This document shows, piece by piece, positions 58,405 to 64,000 of a DNA stretch of 64,000 nt. The stretch is taken from the NCBI GenBank assembly GCA_965240325.2, contig OZ251228.1:806001-870000 (forward strand). Direction: 5' to 3'. The notes under the pieces were generated by a model, which saw only the letters and a program-made list of their open reading frames with translations, was not told where the DNA came from and ran no database searches. The DNA is from Rebecca billardiae RCC1528 (taxonomy: Eukaryota > Protista > Haptophyta). Made by a program: the position numbers and the translations under genes. The first letter of the stretch is position 1. Every line of letters begins with the position of its first letter.

Positions 58405-59310
58405 TCAGGCAAACCAGCGATCCTTGGGCGTGCCAGCAGCGCCCTGCTCGTCCGCCTCGAAGATCTCAAAGACCTTGTTCTTCGCGCCCGTGGCGAAGAG
58501 GGCCTCGACGCACACTTCGGCGACGCTCGCGCGCGCGACCTCGCCCGAGTTGAGCGTGTCCTCGCCGCTGACTGTGATCGGTCCTCCGACTGCGTCGCGC
58601 AGGCCTGCTGGCCGCACGATCGTGTACGCGAGCCCGCTCGAACGCAGATGCTGCTCGGCGACGAGCTTCTCGTCCAGCACGCCCCCGAAGGCGTTCGTGA
58701 TCACGAATCCCGGCGACTTCTCCTGGCCCCATGCGCGGCCGTTCGTGAGGATCGACGAGACCATCACTAGCTGCTTCACGCCCGCCTTGGCCGAGGCGTC
58801 GATGAGCTTGCACGTGCCCACATTGTCGACCTCGTGTGCGTTGGCGCTCATCTTGAGCGGGTTCGAGGCGGCGAAGCCGAGTGCGCACACAACGCTCTGT
58901 ACGCCCTCGAGCGACTTTGCGATGGCATCGACGGACTCGGTCACGTCCAGGTGGCGGAGCGACGTGCACTTGAGCTCAGCAATCTCGGAGGCCTTCTTCT
59001 CAGAGCGCACGCCGGCGAGCACGTCCACGCCGGATCGGGCGCACAGCTGCTTGCACACGAGGCGACCGGTCTTGCCCGTCGCCCCGGCGACGAGAATAGG
59101 CTGCCCTGCGGCGTAGGCCGGTGCGTTCCCCACGAGAAGGGCAGAGCCCACGCCGCCTGCGACGACGACACCAAAGTCGCGACGGGAGGAAACACGCGAG
59201 TCGGCTGCGATGCGGCTGCGCACGCATGCGGGCGAGGAGCGGATGCACCCAGGCGCCCGTCCGGCAACCAGGCCGTTCACGGCGATCGCGAGGATCGTCA
59301 GCCCCAGCAT
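58405..59310 (-). CDS. Plastid-targeted NAD(P)-binding Rossmann-fold protein (atypical SDR, TIC62/Ycf39-like), ~301 aa
   Basis: ILVAGATGKTG, VDNVGTCKLIDA..KAGVKQLVMVSSILTNGRAWGQ, KLVAEQHLRSSGLAYTIVRPAGL, G.VARASVAEVCVEAL. The ATG at 59310 begins a signal peptide (MLGLTILAIAVNG) followed by a transit-like segment. Confidence 0.9.
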   Translation of the reverse strand: MLGLTILAIAVNGLVAGRAPGCIRSSPACVRSRIAADSRVSSRRDFGVVVAGGVGSALLVGNAPAYAAGQPILVAGATGKTGRLVCKQLCARSGVDVLAGVRSEKKASEIAELKCTSLRHLDVTESVDAIAKSLEGVQSVVCALGFAASNPLKMSANAHEVDNVGTCKLIDASAKAGVKQLVMVSSILTNGRAWGQEKSPGFVITNAFGGVLDEKLVAEQHLRSSGLAYTIVRPAGLRDAVGGPITVSGEDTLNSGEVARASVAEVCVEALFATGAKNKVFEIFEADEQGAAGTPKDRWFA

Positions 59311-59444
59311 TCTTCTGTCGGCGGAGGCGCTACGACGAGGCGGCGTCGAGTCGGCCGCACGGGCGCGCGAAGCCTGATGAAGCGCGCCGAAAAACGGGCG
59401 GCGACTCGGCGAGCTTTTTCTTTCTTTTCCGACCACAGGCCAGG

Positions 59445-59870
59445 ATGGCGCCGCCGCCCTGGAGGGCAGGCCACGAGGAGAAGCTGATGGCGCCCGTGCT
59501 ACAGCCCGCAGGCAACCAGTACAATGGCCAAGGTGTCGTGCAGGCATCGACGTGCCTGCCGCTGCACATGGAGGGATTCGATCTCCAGTGGCGCGCCCTC
59601 TGGGACCAGCACGTCAACTTTGGTCTGACTCGATCACACAAGAAGCTGAGCAAGCAGGGCGCAAAGCGCAAGCGAGCTGATGGGACCGGCCCCGAGTGGC
59701 AGAAGAGACTTGCCGCAAAGCAAAACGCTGCAGACGAGCCCGTATCAGTTGCCACTCCCGGGCCGGCGAAGGTCGAGCGCAAGAAGCCCTCAGCTCAACC
59801 TCCGACTGCCCGGCGCAACTTTGCTCATACCAAAGCGGCGCAGCTCCTCGTGGGTGCTGGCTTGGCATAG
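59445..59870 (+). CDS. Hypothetical basic protein, ~141 aa
   Basis: ATG-initiated ORF with normal, non-GC-shadow composition (NQYNGQG, FDLQWRALWDQHVNFG, KKLSKQGAKRKR). It is divergent from the SDR gene. Confidence 0.55.
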   Translation: MAPPPWRAGHEEKLMAPVLQPAGNQYNGQGVVQASTCLPLHMEGFDLQWRALWDQHVNFGLTRSHKKLSKQGAKRKRADGTGPEWQKRLAAKQNAADEPVSVATPGPAKVERKKPSAQPPTARRNFAHTKAAQLLVGAGLA

Positions 59871-60328
59871 CCCGTGGGTCCAGTGGTGAGATGGCCATGG
59901 CTAACAACGTTACATCCACCTCCACGAGTCCTGATGGCCGCCATCGGGTAACAGACGCCGCCGGCTGAGAACGACGTTGCTGGCACGGCATTGCGCAGGC
60001 TACTGAGGAGACTCTGGCGCGGACTGTCTGTACTCTGTAAACAGTAAAACAACGCTGTGTGCAGCGTTACGCGTGTAAATTATTACGACTATTATCAATA
60101 ACAGCAGTACTGCTAGTTTGCGGTGCAGGCTATGCTCTGCCACCAACGCCGACTTCGTGTCGACGATCGGCGGGCACTGCCCGCCGCCCGGCGACGCCCC
60201 GACGAATCCGTTGAACTAATTATAATATTATAAATAATATAATAATCAGCAGGAGTGACCGTCGCCGTCGGACCAGTATATATTCAGTAATAAGACCTGC
60301 CGCCTGCGCCTCGATTCAATATTATTAT

Positions 60329-61936
60329 GGCCCGCGGTGCAGGGCGGAGCGCGCAGCGTGGAGCCCGCACCAGCGGGCCCGAACCAAGTTTCAAAAAGAT
60401 CTTTGATCAAGAAAAAAAGGACGGGGGGCGATTTTTAGGGCTGGCGGAGACCGAGTTTCGAGTTTTTGAGATCGCATAGAGAGGTCTATTAGGCCGAAAA
60501 TAAGCGCGCCCAGCTGATTCCCTTAAGTAAAGTGCGATCTGGACGTCAGCTGGACGTGACATTAGTGTAACGGTTCGTTACGAGCGCGATTTTGTGGGTA
60601 GACTCTCGTTCATGTGTGATAGTTTGCCTCCGCCTTGATGAATATGAACTTGGCTTCGCGGCGGTTGGTATCTAGAGTCTAAAACCCGCAAGCCTTATTG
60701 AAAATACCCGCGCAGCTATTCGTTGCCAGCCCATTCCATAGTCACTGACTCACCGAGCTGGCGAGCTCAAAACCTGCCGCCGTCGCAAGGACGACGTGTG
60801 CAGGTTTCTTCTGGGGCCTGGCGAGCGAGCCGCGACGACTCTTGGTTGGTCCGCAAGGGGGCGCTCGATGGGCAGGTGCGCGTGGCGAGTGCCGAGTGGC
60901 GCCTGGAGCGCGCGTCTGCGGCGGGTCCCGACGGCCGTCGACATCGCGTTCGTGCCCGCTCACTAGTCACTCCGCACGCCCCTGCCGCGCCCTGTCGATG
61001 CCTGCGCGGCCGGCCGCGCGGCCGCGCCGCCGCCGCCGCAGCCGCCGCCCTGTGTTCGGGCTCTCGCAAGCTCGGGGGCAGCGGCGCATGATGCCGGACT
61101 GATCGATCTCTGAGTCTCCGACTTCACCACACGCCCCCCTTGCCATGCCTCTCCGCCAGGGTCTCCCAGAACTCTTCTTCAGAGCAGGCGCAAGTCGAAC
61201 TCGGAACTGGCCGCGGCCCCGCGCGCCGTCGGCTCCCCGTGGCTGTCAGCTCCGCGTGGCCTGGGCGCCTGGCGTGCCCAGAGCTGGCCGTGCCTCTGCG
61301 ACGCGTGCCGAGCCTGACCGAGGTGTGTCACCCCGTGCACGCGCGGCGCGCGCAAGCACCGGTGCTGCATGGCTGCTCGCACCGTGCTCCCTGGCTCGCG
61401 GTCAGTCAGCTCGGCCGCGTGGTGCCTGGTGTGCACGTAGAGTCGCGCTCATGCGTCGCTCACGCCTCGCGCCCGCCTGTCGGCCGTCGCGCAGGCGCGC
61501 AGGTCGAACCCTACTGACCTGCAGATCATCTACTCCTGCGCTGCTGGCGTCGCGGCGACGACGGTCAGCGGCAGGCCCGAACGAACGGTCGAATCCGCGC
61601 GGTCCCGCGCCGTCCGGCTCCCTGGCTGTCAGTCAGCTCCGCCGGTGGCCTGGCGTGCAAGAGTCGCGCTCGTGCGTCGATCACGCCGAGTCGCATCCGC
61701 CTGTCGGCCGTCGCGCACGCGCAGGGGGTCAGGTAAGGGCCGTCTGTGATGAGGGCAGCTCGGCCGACGACCGACATCCACACTCGGCGCACGCCGGCGG
61801 CGGCGCGGCGCTGGGGCGGCGCGCCGCTGGATGGAGTCTAGTTACACGTGTACGGGACGACTGCGACGGAGGGTGCACCGCCACCGCGGGCCCCGAACTA
61901 CGTTCGTTCTACGGAAAAGGACCGCGGAACGCGGTC
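60329..61936 (+). mobile_element. Putative non-autonomous Helentron/Helitron2-like (DINE-1-type architecture) element
   Basis: 5' subTIR ggcccgcggtg (60329) with a nearby partial inverted copy. 3' subTIR caccgcgggcc (61882-61892) is followed by the stem-loop gaccgcg-gaa-cgcggtc (61920-61936). Flanks are AT-rich with no clear TSD. Confidence 0.6.
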
Positions 61937-62273
61937 ATAATAAGTTAGTTGCTGCTACGCGTTCTTAGTAGTACGTAGCGGTAGTTACGGTCGTCGGCGC
62001 CACCGCTGACCGTGAGTAGTCACCGTCAGACGACTGTAGCCGTACTAACTACGTGTCGTTAGTTAGCTAAATAAGCATCATAGTTAGATCTACTGATAGA
62101 ATGAGTTCGCCTTACGGCTCGGTCTGCTACTGATGATGTAATATTATAAGTCATTATACTATTATTAACACTATACCGGCAGAACTCGTAAGCTACCGGA
62201 CTACGGAGTAATATGACTGACGTAGCTACTATGACAGCGGGTTCGGTGCGGCGGCCAGTGCTTAAAATGATAC

Positions 62274-62276
<3 letters not shown>

Positions 62277-62340
<64 letters not shown>
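62277..62340. repeat. (TA)n microsatellite, ~32 units
   Basis: Directly visible. Confidence 0.97.
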
Positions 62341-62341
<1 letters not shown>

Positions 62342-62448
62342 CTATACTATCAGGCTGGCTACGAGAATAATTTCTGTGCCGCTAAGATCGACACACGCAG
62401 CTCAGGCAGGCGAGTATACCTTTAATCACGTCAGATGCGTACTATATG

Positions 62449-62717
62449 TTATGGCCCGCGGTGCAGGGCGGAGCGCGCAGCGTGGAGCCCGCACCAGCGG
62501 GCCCGAACCACGTTTCAAAAAGATCTTTGATCAAGAAAAAAGGGACGGGGGGCGATTTTTAGGGCTGGCGGAGACCGAGTTTCGAGTTTTTGAGATCGCA
62601 TAGAGAGGTCTATTAGGCCGAAAATAAGCGCGCCCAGCTGATTCCCTTAAGTAAAGTGCGATCTGGACGTCAGCTGGACGTGACATTAGTGTAACGGTTC
62701 GTTACGAGCGCGATTTT
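62449..62717 (+). mobile_element. Second copy of the 269-bp 5' end of the Helentron-like element; this element probably continues past the window end
   Basis: Direct repeat of 60325-60593 with only two substitutions seen. The downstream sequence differs. Confidence 0.75.
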
Positions 62718-62920
62718 AAGTATGAGATTGCCGCCAACCGCCAACCGATAAAAACGGCAAGGCAAGGGCTCGGGAAACTTGATCACTTGTAAATGTGAAT
62801 AGTAAAATGCTCTCCCCGAGCGCGCCTGTCGCCTCGCAGGCCGCGCGTCTCGCTCCCTCTCCCCGAGGCTGAGCTCGCGGCCCGCCTGTCACCTCGCAGG
62901 CGCGCGCCACGGACACATGC

Positions 62921-63755
62921 GCGACGAGATCGCGGCGGGGGCGGCGAGATCGCGGCGGGGGCGACGGGCAACAACCTGCCCGCGGGCGCGTTCGTCACTC
63001 GAGGAGCAGCGCGCAAGGGCGAGCCGAGTCCGGAGCACGCGAGCTCGTCGCTCGCCGACCGGAGCAGAGCGCGCCGCCCGCCGCCGCCGAGCGAGCGGCG
63101 CGGCAGACCTGATGAGCCGGATGCGCCCGGAGCTCGCGCGGCTGAAGGGCGAGCTCGAGCACGCGAGCTCGCGCCTCGACGCCGAGCCCGAGCTCCTCCT
63201 CAACTCAGTCGACGGCGGCGCGGAGGTCCGGCAGCAGCGTGAGGACTCACAGACAGTGTGAGTGAGCCGCGCGCAGCTCAGCCTGCCGCTGGCAGCCGCC
63301 GGCTTCGAGGCCGACGCGGCGGAGGAGGCGGCGGGCGACGAGATCGCGGCGGGGGCGGCGAGATCGCGGCGGGGGCGACGGGCAACAACCTGCCCGCGGG
63401 CGCGTTCGTCACTCGAGGAGCAGCGCGCAAGGGCGAGCCGAGTCCGGAGCACGCGAGCTCGTCGCTCGCCGACCGGAGCAGAGCGCGCCGCCCGCCGCCG
63501 CCGAGCGAGCGGCGCGGCAGACCTGATGAGCCGGATGCGCCCGGAGCTCGCGCGGCTGAAGGGCGAGCTCGAGCACGCGAGCTCGCGCCTCGACGCCGAG
63601 CGCGAGCTCCTCCTCAACTCGGTCGACGGCGGCGCGGAGGTCCGGCAGCAGCGTGAGGACTCACAGACAGTGTTACGAGTGAGCCGCGCGCAGCTCAGCC
63701 TGCCGCTGGCAGCCGCCGTCTTCGAGGCCGACGCGGCGGAGGAGGCGGCGGGCGA
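62921..63755 (+). repeat. Tandem duplication (414 bp period) of a coiled-coil gene-like fragment
   Basis: gcgacgagatcgcggcggggg starts at 62921 and 63335. Both encode MSRMRPELARLKGELEHASSRLDAE. Copy 1 stops at QTV*, while copy 2 reads on. Confidence 0.85.
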
Positions 63756-64000
63756 GCACGGCGGCGCGGTGGAGCAGGCGCGCACGCGCGGCGGCAGGCG
63801 CGACGCGCCGCTCGCCTCGTTCCACCGCCCCGAGCTCCGCTCGGTCGGTCTCGGTGCGCGGCTGCGCAGCCGGCAGGCCGGCGGGCCAGCAGTCGCGCTC
63901 TCGCTCTGCCGGCACGAGGCGTGCCGGCTGAGCGACCAGCGGCCCGTCGTCGAGCGCATGGCGCAGGGCGAGTACCTCAAGCAGGTGCGCCCGCTCGCGC

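Noticed and set aside
60325-62717. LTR retroelement (TRIM) reading of the 269-bp direct repeats
   Set aside because: No TG...CA ends, PBS, PPT or TSD are seen. The subTIR and hairpin structure fits two separate rolling-circle-type ends better, although this is not excluded.

Overview
Very GC-rich eukaryotic nuclear DNA, not prokaryotic. The short (GC)n-rich spliceosomal introns (one GC-AG) and a bipartite plastid-targeting presequence point to an alga with a secondary plastid. My inference is a haptophyte, possibly Pavlovophyceae. Genes in order: AGC-type Ser/Thr kinase (-, runs off the left edge), frataxin-like protein (-), RPS3A/eS1 (+), NIPA-family Mg2+ transporter (-), STT3 oligosaccharyltransferase (+), myosin (+), a giant ~10,735-aa membrane protein (+, 23666-56114), a plastid-targeted NAD(P)-binding protein (-) and a small hypothetical protein (+). 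The giant gene is the main discovery. It encodes a signal peptide, seven FG-GAP beta-propellers (five near-identical), a ~3,435-aa Ser-Pro3/4 rod with a 21-aa higher-order period, 17 copies of a ~96-aa Cys-containing repeat, IPT/TIG domains, a REJ region, EGF, a GPS autoproteolysis motif, ~5 TM helices, an IQ motif and an EF-hand pair. It reads as a polycystin-1-like receptor on a potentially micron-long stalk. Intergenic DNA carries several non-autonomous transposons: a Harbinger-like MITE nested inverted inside its own sister's terminal repeat, a foldback-like element with ~627-bp TIRs, Helentron-like elements, and a tandem pair with a swapped internal cassette. All domain and family calls come from motif recognition by eye, not from database searches.
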